Below, one piece after another: positions 29,181 to 37,986 of a DNA stretch of 64,000 nt. Each line of letters starts with the position of its first letter. Positions within the stretch are counted from its first letter, which is position 1. A program made the translations under genes and the position numbers. Source of the DNA: Thermoplasmata archaeon (GTDB taxonomy: Archaea > Thermoplasmatota > Thermoplasmata > Lutacidiplasmatales > UBA184); assembly GCA_027315165.1 (NCBI GenBank), contig DAHUYN010000007.1:10260-74259 (forward strand), written 5' to 3'. The notes beneath the pieces are model-generated. The model worked only from the letters and a program-made list of their open reading frames with translations, ran no database searches and had not been told where the DNA came from.

Positions 29181-31091
29181 CTACCGGCCCTCGAAACGGG
29201 GACGGCGGCGCTCGAGGAACGCGCGCATCCCCTCCGTCCGGTCGGCCGTCGCGAAGGTGTGGCCCGCCGACTCGCCCTCGAGCCGGAGCGACCCATCGAG
29301 GGTCCCGTCGATCCCGCGGTTGATGACCGACTTCACCCAGGAGACCGCGAGAGGGGCTCGCGAGGCGATCGTCTCGGCGAGGGCCTGGGCGTCGGCGCGG
29401 GCGGTCGCGGCCGGCAGGACGCGCGTGACGATGCCGAGCTCGTGCGCCTCCGCGGCCGAGAACGGCTGCGCCGTGAAGATGACGAGCTTCGCGGCCGCGC
29501 GCCCGACGAGCCGCGTGAGGCGGCTCGCGCCGCCGAACCCGGGGTGGATCCCGACGGAGACCTCGGGGAGCCCGAGCTTGGCCGTGTCGGCGGCGAGGAG
29601 GAGGTCGGTCGACAGCGCGATCTCTAGGCCGCCCCCGAGGGCGAATCCCTCGACGAGCGAGAGCACCGGCGCCGGGAACTCCTCGATCGCCTTGCACACT
29701 TCTTGGCCCTGGAAGCCGAACGCGCGGCCCTCGACGACGGTCTTCGTCGCCATCTCGGCGATGTCGGCCCCGGCGGAGAAGTAGGGCCCCGCGCCCGCGA
29801 GGACGACGGCGCGCACGCTCGGGTCCTCTCGTAGGGCCGCGAACGTCGCGCCCAGCTGTCGGACGACCTCACCGTTGAGGGAGTTCATCACCGCGGGACG
29901 GTCGAGAAGGACCCAGGTGACGCCGTTGCGGCTCTCCGTCCGCACGTAGCGGATCGGCCATCGGGCCTCCGAGGCCCCGGCGCGGCGGACGAGCTCCGCC
30001 GAGATCGGGAACGCCTCGGGACCGTAGCGGCGGCCGAACTCCCGGACGCGCTCGAGCCCGGCGACGACGCCGACCTCGTTGAGGAGCGCGAACGGACCCT
30101 TCGTCCACCGCAGGCCGACGAGCGCGCCCGTCTCGACCGCCTCGGCCGTGGCCCCGCCCTCCTCGACAAGGCGGGTGGCGATGCCGATCAAAAGGCCCTC
30201 GAACCGCGCCTTCACTAGGCCGACGCGCTCCGGCTCGACCTGGCCGTCGCGCCAGGCCCACGGCTTGGCGGCCGCGACCTGCTCCTCGAGCATCTCCGCG
30301 GGCTCGTAGGCGGGCCCGAACGCCGCCTCGAGGGATTCCATCGCGTGGAGCGCGATCGGGAGCCCGGTGAGGTTCATCACCTCGAACGGCCCGTTCGTCG
30401 AGCCGGTGAGGTCGCGTCCGACGCTCTCGATCGTGGCGAGCGACGCGACCCCCTCCTCCGCCAGGCGGACGGCCTCGTTCATGAACGGGACGAAGAAGCG
30501 GTTCACCGCGAAGCCGGGCGAATCCGCGACGGCGATCGGGACCTTCCGCAGCCGGTAGCCGAACGCCTCGAGGACGCCGAGCGTCTCGGGGTCCGTCGTC
30601 TCGCCCCCGACGATCTCGAGCAGCTTGTTCACCGCCGCCGGGTAGAAGAAGTGCAGTCCGGCGAACCGCGCCGGCTCCGGGAGCTCTCGCGCGAGGCGCG
30701 TCACCGAGAGCGACGAGGTGTTCGTCGCGACGATCGCCTCCGGGTCGAGGAGCGGCCCGACCTCGCGGAACAGGGCCTGCTTGACCTTCTCCTCCTCGAA
30801 GACGGCCTCGATGACGAGCCGCGCCCCGCGGAGCGCTTGCGCGAGGTCGGTCGTGAAGGTGATGCGGCCGAGGACCTCGGCCCGCTGGGCCTCGGTCATC
30901 TTCTGGCGCTGCACGGCGCCGTCGAGGGTGCGCTCGAGCAGCGAGCGGCCCCGGGCCAGCTGCGCCTCGGTCAGGTCCCGGACGACGACCGGGAACCCGG
31001 CCTGCGCGGCGGACTGGGCGATCCCGTTGCCCATGTTGCCCGATCCGAGGACGGCGATGCGGTGCGGAGGGTGCAGCTGCTCCAACTTCAT
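29181..31091 (-). CDS. Bifunctional 3-hydroxyacyl-CoA dehydrogenase / enoyl-CoA hydratase
   Basis: GSGNMGNGIA, IEAVFE, TNTSSL, GLHFFYP and PGFAVNR; C-terminal crotonase FSAGADI, GGGLEIA and LPEVSVGIHPG. Confidence 0.93.
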   Translation of the reverse strand: MKLEQLHPPHRIAVLGSGNMGNGIAQSAAQAGFPVVVRDLTEAQLARGRSLLERTLDGAVQRQKMTEAQRAEVLGRITFTTDLAQALRGARLVIEAVFEEEKVKQALFREVGPLLDPEAIVATNTSSLSVTRLARELPEPARFAGLHFFYPAAVNKLLEIVGGETTDPETLGVLEAFGYRLRKVPIAVADSPGFAVNRFFVPFMNEAVRLAEEGVASLATIESVGRDLTGSTNGPFEVMNLTGLPIALHAMESLEAAFGPAYEPAEMLEEQVAAAKPWAWRDGQVEPERVGLVKARFEGLLIGIATRLVEEGGATAEAVETGALVGLRWTKGPFALLNEVGVVAGLERVREFGRRYGPEAFPISAELVRRAGASEARWPIRYVRTESRNGVTWVLLDRPAVMNSLNGEVVRQLGATFAALREDPSVRAVVLAGAGPYFSAGADIAEMATKTVVEGRAFGFQGQEVCKAIEEFPAPVLSLVEGFALGGGLEIALSTDLLLAADTAKLGLPEVSVGIHPGFGGASRLTRLVGRAAAKLVIFTAQPFSAAEAHELGIVTRVLPAATARADAQALAETIASRAPLAVSWVKSVINRGIDGTLDGSLRLEGESAGHTFATADRTEGMRAFLERRRPRFEGR

Positions 31092-31206
31092 GGGGACGTT
31101 CCGAGGCTTTTGGCCGGTCGCCCCACTCGGGCACGGGTCTTAATCCTTCACTCGTGCGACGGCGGCGCAGGGCAAGGGTCCTAAGCGGGCGGGGGTACCG
31201 CGCCCC

Positions 31207-32076
31207 GTGACCCCGACCCTCCCGGAGCCCGCGACCCTCGCCCGGCTCCATCGCGCCTTCGTCGTCGCGCTCGGCGGCTACGCGCTCGAGTTCGCGGGCG
31301 GCGTCCTCGTGACGCACGAGCGGATCCCCGTCCCGATCTTCAACTTCGTCGACGAGGTCTCCGTCGCCGCCGAGCGGCAGACCGCCTTCTTCGAGCGGGC
31401 CCTCGACCACTACTTCCAGCGGGCGCTCCGCCCGGCGTTCCGGGTGGTGCCGCCGGTCGCCGACCACGTCGACCGGACGCTCCGCCGCTTCGGCTTCCGG
31501 CCCTCTCCCGAGCCGAGGGTCGTCCTCGTCGCCGAGCGGGGAACGGGGGGCCCCGAGGTCCCGGCCGACGTCGACGTGCGTCGGGCGGGCGACGCGGAGG
31601 TCGCTCAGGTCGCCGCCTTCTGGACCCACGACCGCGAGCGGGACGAGTTCCTGAGGTCCCTCGAGGTCGCGACGGGCCACCCGAACCCCGGAGAGCGGCT
31701 CGTCCCCGTCCTCGCGCGGCGGTCGGGCGCGCCCGTCGCCGCGGCGCTCGTCTTCACGAGGGGGAGCCTCGCCGAAATCCACGCCGTCTCGACGAGCCCC
31801 GCCGAGCGGGGCCAGGGCGTCGCGACGCACGTGGTGCGACGCCTCCTCAACGGGCCCGAGTCCGAGGGGGCGACGCACGTCGCGATCGCCTCGACGACGC
31901 CGAGGCTCTCGAGACGCCTCGCGCCGCTCGGGTTCACCGAGGCGATGCGCCAGGTCGAGTACGTCCTGCCGGCGGACGCGAGGCTCGAGCTCCCCGACCC
32001 GGGTCCTCCGACACCGCCCCGATGGCGGCCGCCCCGATCGCCTAGTCGCGCCCGCGCCGGACCTGGTCGAGCTTGA
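31207..32076 (+). CDS. GNAT family acetyltransferase
   Basis: C-terminal acetyl-CoA motif VSTSPAERGQGVATHVV...LGF. Confidence 0.75.
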   Translation: MTPTLPEPATLARLHRAFVVALGGYALEFAGGVLVTHERIPVPIFNFVDEVSVAAERQTAFFERALDHYFQRALRPAFRVVPPVADHVDRTLRRFGFRPSPEPRVVLVAERGTGGPEVPADVDVRRAGDAEVAQVAAFWTHDRERDEFLRSLEVATGHPNPGERLVPVLARRSGAPVAAALVFTRGSLAEIHAVSTSPAERGQGVATHVVRRLLNGPESEGATHVAIASTTPRLSRRLAPLGFTEAMRQVEYVLPADARLELPDPGPPTPPRWRPPRSPSRARAGPGRA

Positions 32077-34408
32077 GCCGCTGCTCGAGCGAGGCGATCG
32101 TGCGGATCGTCGACAGCACGGTGTCGTGGTTCAGCGAGATCGAGTCGATCCCCTTCCGCACGAGGAACTCGGCGAACTCGGGGTAGACGCTCGGCCCCTG
32201 GCCGCAGATGCCGACGGTGCGGCCCTCCGCGTGCGCCCCCTCGATGAGCATCTCGATCGCCTTGAGGACCGCCGGGTCCCGCTCGTCGAAGTAGCCCATC
32301 CGGCCGAGCGTCTCCGAGTCCCGGTCGGCGCCGAGCACGAGCTGCGTGAGGTCGTTCGAGCCGATCGAGAAGCCGTCGCAGTGCTGAGAGAACTCGCGGG
32401 CGAGGAGCACCGTCGACGGCACCTCGGCCATGAGGTAGAGCTGGAAGTCGCGGGAGCGGCGCAGCCCCTTGTCCCGGAGCATCTGGGCGATCTCCTCGAG
32501 CTCCCAGGTGTTGCGGACGAACGGGAGCATCACGTGCGCGTTCTTGAGACCCCGCTCGGTCCGGACCCGGTGGATCGCCTCGAGCTCGAGCAGGAAGGCG
32601 GGCCGGTAGACCGGGGAGATGTAGCGAGAGCAGCCCCGCCACCCGATCATCGGGTTCTCCTCCTGGGGCTCGTACGGCTCGCCGCCCGGCATCCCGCGGT
32701 ACTCGTTCGTCTTGAAGTCGGAGGTCCGGATGATGACGGGCCGCGGGTGGAACGCCTGGCAGACCTGCGCGAGGCCGTCCGCGAGCCGTTCGACGAGCTC
32801 GGCGGAGCGTCCCGCCTTGATCAAGGCCAGCGGATGCTCGCGCACGTGCGCGGTGAAGATGAACTCGATCCGCAGCAGGCCCACGCCCTGGACCGGGAGG
32901 CGGGCGTACTCGGCGGCCTTCTCGGGGACGCCGACGTTGACGTAGATCTTCGTCGCGGTGACCGGTGCCCCGTGGTGGCTCGAGTCGGCCCCCGCCGAGC
33001 CGCCCGTCGCGGCCGGCGGCGGCGTCGCGGCCCGGGCCTTCTCGAGGCCCTTGTAGACGTGTCCCGTCTTCCCGTCGACCGAGACCTCGGAGCCGTCGGC
33101 GATCGCCTTCGTGGCCGTCCGGGTGCCGACGACGCAGGGGACCCCGAGCTCCCGCGAGACGATCGCCGCGTGACAGGTTATCCCGCCCTCGTCGGTGACG
33201 ATCGCCGCCGCCCGGGTCATCGCCGGGACCATGTCGGGCGTCGTCATCGTCGTCACGAGGACCTCGCCCGGCTTCAGCCGGTCGAGCTCGGCGGCGGCGA
33301 GGAGGAGACGGGCCGTCCCGCCCGCGATCCCCGGGCTCGCCCCGAACCCCTTGACGAGCGGTCCCGGCGAGGACGAGGAGCCGCCCGAGGCCCGTGCCGG
33401 GGCGACCGCGGCCGGCGCGGAGGCGCCGGCCCCCGAGCCGGGGGAGGTACCCGAGGGGAGCGTCGTCACGGGCCGGGCCTGGACGATGTAGAGCGACTTC
33501 GCATCGGCGCACCACTCGACGTCCATCGGGCGACGGTAGCGCGACTCGATCACGCGGGCGAGCGACGCGAGCCTCAGGATCCGCTCGTCCGGGAGCTTCT
33601 GGACTCCCCGCTCGGCGGCCGGCACCGGCTCGCGGAGGTTCCCGCCCCCCTCGGCGCGGACGAGCCGGACGGACTGCTCGGAGAGCTGTTTCTGGACGAT
33701 CTGCTGGGTCGCGCCGTCGACGACGTAGTGGTCGGGCGTGACCTCGCCGCCGACGATCGCCTCGCCGAGCCCCCAGCCCGCCTCGATGATCATGTGGTTC
33801 TCACCCGTGTTGGGGTCGCGCGTGAAGAGGATGCCGCTCACGACGGAGTTGACCATCTTCTGGACGAGCACCGCGAGCCGGACGGTCGAGTGGTCGAAGC
33901 CCTTGCGCGCGCGGTAGACGAGGACGCGGGGCGTGAACAGCGAGCCCCAGCACCGTCGGATCGCCGCGAGGACCTCGTCCGTGCCGGCGACGTTGAGGTA
34001 GGTCTCCTGGAGCCCGGCGAACGAGGCCCCCTCGAGGTCCTCCGCGGTCGCCGACGAGCGGACGGCGGAGAACTCGACCTCGTGACGACGCGCGTACGCC
34101 TCGAAGGCGCCCGCGACGGCGGTGCGGAGCTCGTCCGGGAACTCCGTCGACTCGAAGGCGTCGCGGATGCGTCGCGAGACGGCGTCGACGCTCTCCGGTC
34201 GCTGGAGGTCGAGGGTCGCGAGCGCGTTCGGGATCTCCAGCTTGAGCACCGTCGCGTCAACGAACGCCTGGTAGGTCTCCGTCGTCACGACGACGCCGGG
34301 GGGGACGGGCAGCCCCTGGCGGATCATCTCACCGAGCTTGCCGGCCTTCCCTCCGACGAGGGGGAGGTCGGCGTCCGAGACGTCGGCGAGGTCGACGACG
34401 AGCGCCAC
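32042..34408 (-). CDS. ppsA: Phosphoenolpyruvate synthase (pyruvate,water dikinase)
   Basis: VGGKAGKLGEM, AVRSSATAEDL, SFAG, phospho-His GGITCHAAIVSRELG, EENPMIGWRG and FSIGSNDLTQ; GTG start at 34408. Confidence 0.96.
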   Translation of the reverse strand: MALVVDLADVSDADLPLVGGKAGKLGEMIRQGLPVPPGVVVTTETYQAFVDATVLKLEIPNALATLDLQRPESVDAVSRRIRDAFESTEFPDELRTAVAGAFEAYARRHEVEFSAVRSSATAEDLEGASFAGLQETYLNVAGTDEVLAAIRRCWGSLFTPRVLVYRARKGFDHSTVRLAVLVQKMVNSVVSGILFTRDPNTGENHMIIEAGWGLGEAIVGGEVTPDHYVVDGATQQIVQKQLSEQSVRLVRAEGGGNLREPVPAAERGVQKLPDERILRLASLARVIESRYRRPMDVEWCADAKSLYIVQARPVTTLPSGTSPGSGAGASAPAAVAPARASGGSSSSPGPLVKGFGASPGIAGGTARLLLAAAELDRLKPGEVLVTTMTTPDMVPAMTRAAAIVTDEGGITCHAAIVSRELGVPCVVGTRTATKAIADGSEVSVDGKTGHVYKGLEKARAATPPPAATGGSAGADSSHHGAPVTATKIYVNVGVPEKAAEYARLPVQGVGLLRIEFIFTAHVREHPLALIKAGRSAELVERLADGLAQVCQAFHPRPVIIRTSDFKTNEYRGMPGGEPYEPQEENPMIGWRGCSRYISPVYRPAFLLELEAIHRVRTERGLKNAHVMLPFVRNTWELEEIAQMLRDKGLRRSRDFQLYLMAEVPSTVLLAREFSQHCDGFSIGSNDLTQLVLGADRDSETLGRMGYFDERDPAVLKAIEMLIEGAHAEGRTVGICGQGPSVYPEFAEFLVRKGIDSISLNHDTVLSTIRTIASLEQRLKLDQVRRGRD

Positions 34409-34416
34409 CGACCCCC

Positions 34417-35436
34417 CTAGCTCCGACGCTCGAAGGTGTAGGCGACGAGGTCGGCCTTCGGGGAGTACGGATGGACGGTGTGGCGCTCCTGCAGCACCCA
34501 CGCGCCGACGCCGCCCAGACGGGCGGTCAGCTCGTCGGGCCGAGCGTCGGCACCGCCTCGCTCGGTGACCTCGTAGTAGTGGAACCGCCCGCCAAGCTCC
34601 ACGGCGGTTCCGACCGATGCGAGGTACTTAATCCCTTCGTGGGGGAGATTGAGGATGACGGTCCGGGCGAGACCCGGCGCCTCTAGGAACGCCGCGACGT
34701 CCCCCTCAACGGGACGCACGATCGCGCCGACGCCGAGGCGGGCGACGTTCTCCTCGAGGAGCCGGATCGCCTCGGGGTTCGAGTCGACGGCGACGACCTC
34801 CCGGGCGAGCCCGGCGGTCGCGACCGTCAGCGCGAACGGGCCGACCCCGCAGCAGAGGTCGAGGACCCGGGCGCCTCGCGGGACCTGTCCGGCCACGAGG
34901 CAGTGCTCTCGGGCGAGTCGGGGCGAGAAGTAGGCCCGCTCGAGGTCGACCACGAGGGAGAGGCCGTTCTCCTTGTGGCGGGTCCGCCACGGCCCCACGC
35001 CCGCGAGCCGGACCAGGCGCCGCTGGCGGGCGGTGCCGTGGACGCCCTCGTCGAGGCCCACGACACGCGCCCCGGGGACGAACCGGAGCAGGGCGTCGCC
35101 GATCTCCCGCCCGTGGGCCACGAGCTCGTCGGGGAGTCGCACGAGCACGACGTCCCCGATCACGTCGAAGGAACGCGGCAGCTTCTCCGCGAGCTCGGCC
35201 GGCAGCGACAGCAGGTCGTGGTAGCTGCGCGGGCCGCGCGCGGCGTACCGGGGGAACTCGGCCTCGACGAGCCGTCCCGCGGCGGGGGGCTCGAGAGGGA
35301 CGTCGACGAGCGGGAAGACGACCTCCGCCCCCTCGTGCCCGACGCCGAGCTCGGTCGAGAGGAGGCGGTGGTCCCGCAGGAAGCGGCGCACGCCCTCCGC
35401 CTCGTCGCGAGCGACCCGCCAGCCGGGGGCCTTCAT
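34417..35436 (-). CDS. trm5: Trm5/Taw2 family tRNA (G37) methyltransferase
   Basis: SFDVIGDV, HKENG, AYFSPRL, VLDLCCGVGPF, DSNPEA and ILNLP. Confidence 0.88.
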   Translation of the reverse strand: MKAPGWRVARDEAEGVRRFLRDHRLLSTELGVGHEGAEVVFPLVDVPLEPPAAGRLVEAEFPRYAARGPRSYHDLLSLPAELAEKLPRSFDVIGDVVLVRLPDELVAHGREIGDALLRFVPGARVVGLDEGVHGTARQRRLVRLAGVGPWRTRHKENGLSLVVDLERAYFSPRLAREHCLVAGQVPRGARVLDLCCGVGPFALTVATAGLAREVVAVDSNPEAIRLLEENVARLGVGAIVRPVEGDVAAFLEAPGLARTVILNLPHEGIKYLASVGTAVELGGRFHYYEVTERGGADARPDELTARLGGVGAWVLQERHTVHPYSPKADLVAYTFERRS

Positions 35437-36770
35437 CGCGCGCGGGCCGTGCCCCGGCCGGCGAGAAGGTCGAACACGTCCCGGCCCGCGACCGTCCCGA
35501 GGGTCCCCAACGCGGCGGCCCGCTCGCCGAACTTCGTGCCGGAGCCGCCGGTCGCGGGCACGCCCGCGCCGACGAGCAGGAACGGGACGGGGTCGTCCGC
35601 GTGCCCCTTGAGGACGCACGGCGTCGCGTGGTCGGCCGTCACGGCGAGCCGGCAGCGTCCGAGGTCGACCCCCTCGAGGAACGGTCCGAAGAAGGAGCGG
35701 TCGAGCGCCTCGACGATCTCCTTCTTGCGGAGCGCGTCGCCGTCGTGACCGGGCTCGTCCGGCCCCTTGAGGTGGACGTAGACGAACGGGTGGGTCCGAA
35801 GGGCCTCGAGCGTCACGCGCGCCCGCTCGCGGAGCGCTGCGTCCCGGTCCGCGCCCATCGGGCCGACGAACAGGTCCGTGAGACCGAGGACCCTCGCGAT
35901 CCCGCGCTCGACGGGCATCTCGGTCACCGCGGCCCCGGGGACGTGGTGCCGGGCCTCGAAGGTGGGCCCCGGCGTCCCCGAGAGGCTGCCGGCGTTGCGG
36001 ACCAAGAGCGCGTTCGCGACCTTGCGGCCCCGTAGCGCCCGGCGGGCGTTCACGGGGTGGCCGGCGAGAACCGGGGCGGCCCGTTCGAGGAACCGGTTGA
36101 CCGCGGTGGCGGTCCTCGCGGCCGACGGTCCGTCGGCGAGCGGGTGGACCTCGAGGAGGCGCGGCGTCTCGACCGAGACCGCGCGTCCCATCCCGCCGAC
36201 CCTCTCGTAGAACGGGTCCGCGTTCGAGACCTCCGGCGAGAGCGAGACCCCGCTACGGGGGTGGAGCCAGAGGACCCCGCGATGGCCGACCGTCGCGCGG
36301 ACCTCGGCCTGGATCCCGTCGGGGCCGAGAAGGTCGGCCTCGGTGAGCGCGCGAGCGAGCTCGCGCGCCTCCTCGGTGCCGAGCGAGCGCCCGACTCGCG
36401 AGTCGAGGATCGCCCCGGCCCCGTCGGAGGTGGCGAAGTTCAGACGGAGGGCCACGTCGACGGGCGAGAGCGGGACCCCGACCCCGAGCGCCTCGAGGAC
36501 CCCGCGCCCGGGCGAGTCGGTCACGGGGTCGAAGCCGAGCAGCGCGTAGACGCCCGCGTCGGACTCCGGCGCCACGCCGGGCCCGACGACCGAGACGACC
36601 CCGAGCTGACCGAGGGCGGCGAGACGGTCGAGGTTCGGTGTCGCCGCCGCCTCGACGGGGCTGAGGCCGCCCGTGGCCGGGTGGGGACGGTCGCCGAGGC
36701 CGTCCAGGATGATGAGCGCGAGCGCGGGGGGCGCGGGGCCGTTCCGGCTCGCCGGTGCGGTCGTCGCCAA
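35433..36770 (-). CDS. apgM: 2,3-bisphosphoglycerate-independent phosphoglycerate mutase (archaeal ApgM)
   Basis: IILDGLGD, TPNLD, PESDAG, GRGVLEALG, HLKGPDEPGHDG, TADHATP and H..DPVP. Start is TTG 36770 or ATG 36794. Confidence 0.92.
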   Translation of the reverse strand: MATTAPASRNGPAPPALALIILDGLGDRPHPATGGLSPVEAAATPNLDRLAALGQLGVVSVVGPGVAPESDAGVYALLGFDPVTDSPGRGVLEALGVGVPLSPVDVALRLNFATSDGAGAILDSRVGRSLGTEEARELARALTEADLLGPDGIQAEVRATVGHRGVLWLHPRSGVSLSPEVSNADPFYERVGGMGRAVSVETPRLLEVHPLADGPSAARTATAVNRFLERAAPVLAGHPVNARRALRGRKVANALLVRNAGSLSGTPGPTFEARHHVPGAAVTEMPVERGIARVLGLTDLFVGPMGADRDAALRERARVTLEALRTHPFVYVHLKGPDEPGHDGDALRKKEIVEALDRSFFGPFLEGVDLGRCRLAVTADHATPCVLKGHADDPVPFLLVGAGVPATGGSGTKFGERAAALGTLGTVAGRDVFDLLAGRGTARAR

Positions 36771-36796
36771 GGTCGGAGGGAGCGGCGGACGCATAG

Positions 36797-36802
36797 TTAT
36801 AA
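36797..36802. promoter_or_regulatory. Palindromic TATA box TTATAA shared by divergent genes
   Basis: TTATAA lies 27 nt from TTG 36770 (minus strand) and 27 nt from GTG 36829 (plus strand). Confidence 0.6.
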
Positions 36803-36828
36803 GGAGCACTCCGCTCGCTCGGCCGTCC

Positions 36829-37890
36829 GTGCAGCCGACGCGGGGCATTAAGGGCTTCTTGGCGAGCCGTCCCGGGCTCGTCGTTCTCGGTCTCATCGCC
36901 GTCGGCGCGATGGTCGGAAGCTTCCTCTACCTCGGGCCGTTCATCGCGATCCCGACGCTCCTCCTCTTCGGTCTGGCGATCCCGATCTACGCGGGCTGGA
37001 AGCGCCCGCGGGTCCTCGTCCTCTTCGGGATCGTCGTGCTGCTCGCCGCCGCCCCCCTCGCGACGCTCGCCGACAACCAGGCGATCCGCGCCCCGTCCCC
37101 CGCCTACGCGAGCTCGACGGCGGCGCCGTACGGGAACGGGGGCTCGGTCCTCCAGGGGGCGCTGGCGACGCCGTACACGGGCCTACCGGGCGGCGTCTAC
37201 GAGTTCACCGCCACGGTGCACCCGGAGTACTCGCCCACGAACGCCTCGACGCCGCTCTGGGTGGAGCTGTTCGTCTCGACCTGCCCGGGCGCGACCGGGA
37301 ACTCCTCCCCCAACTGCGGCAGCGGCTACCCGTTCCTGCTCGAGAACGAGTCGCTCCCCGCGAACCTGACCGCGCCGCACTCGGTCTCCTTCAACGTGAC
37401 CCTCAACGGGACGAACATCTGGTGGTGGCAGATGGCGGCCGTTGTCGAGACCCCTGCGAACTCGGGGAACCTCACCTGGATCTTCCTCGACGTCTCCAAC
37501 GGCTACGGGGCCGTGCAGGGTCCTGTCACCGGCGACTTTGCCGCGACCTACGGCGTCATCCTGCTGCCGATCACCGAGGTGATGTTCCTCTACTCGGGGA
37601 CCGTCTTCCTGGTGGGCCTGCTCGTCTACATGTTCCTCAAGGCCCGGGAGGCCCGCCGGCGGCGCCCCCCGATCACGTCGGGCGGAGCGCCGGCGGGCGG
37701 CCCCGCCGCCGGGGGCGGGAGCTCCGAGACGGCCTCCGCGAGCGCCTCCCCGAGCCCCTCTCCGGAAGCGGCGTGCCCGAACTGCGGGGCCGTCGTCTAC
37801 CCGAGCGAGAGCGCCTGCTGGAAGTGCGGGGCCAAGCTTCCGGCGCCGGACGCGACCCCACCCTCGTCGGCGCCGCTCAAGGGCGCGTAG
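36829..37890 (+). CDS. Membrane protein with extracellular domain and C-terminal zinc ribbon
   Basis: Three N-terminal TMs, a glycosylation-sequon-rich loop with a Cys pair, a TM, then CPNCG...CWKCG. Confidence 0.75.
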   Translation: MQPTRGIKGFLASRPGLVVLGLIAVGAMVGSFLYLGPFIAIPTLLLFGLAIPIYAGWKRPRVLVLFGIVVLLAAAPLATLADNQAIRAPSPAYASSTAAPYGNGGSVLQGALATPYTGLPGGVYEFTATVHPEYSPTNASTPLWVELFVSTCPGATGNSSPNCGSGYPFLLENESLPANLTAPHSVSFNVTLNGTNIWWWQMAAVVETPANSGNLTWIFLDVSNGYGAVQGPVTGDFAATYGVILLPITEVMFLYSGTVFLVGLLVYMFLKAREARRRRPPITSGGAPAGGPAAGGGSSETASASASPSPSPEAACPNCGAVVYPSESACWKCGAKLPAPDATPPSSAPLKGA

Positions 37891-37986
37891 ACGCGGCGCG
37901 CGAGCCTTCTTTCTTCGCGCCGGGGCGCCCGCCCGTGGGGGTGGCGGGCCGCCCCCGCCGCTCAGGACCGGGCCGAAGGGCCCGGC

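Noticed and set aside
37900-37986. GC hairpins and a short pyrimidine tract between convergent genes as an ncRNA or terminator
   Set aside because: Imperfect stems are expected by chance at this GC content; not enough support.
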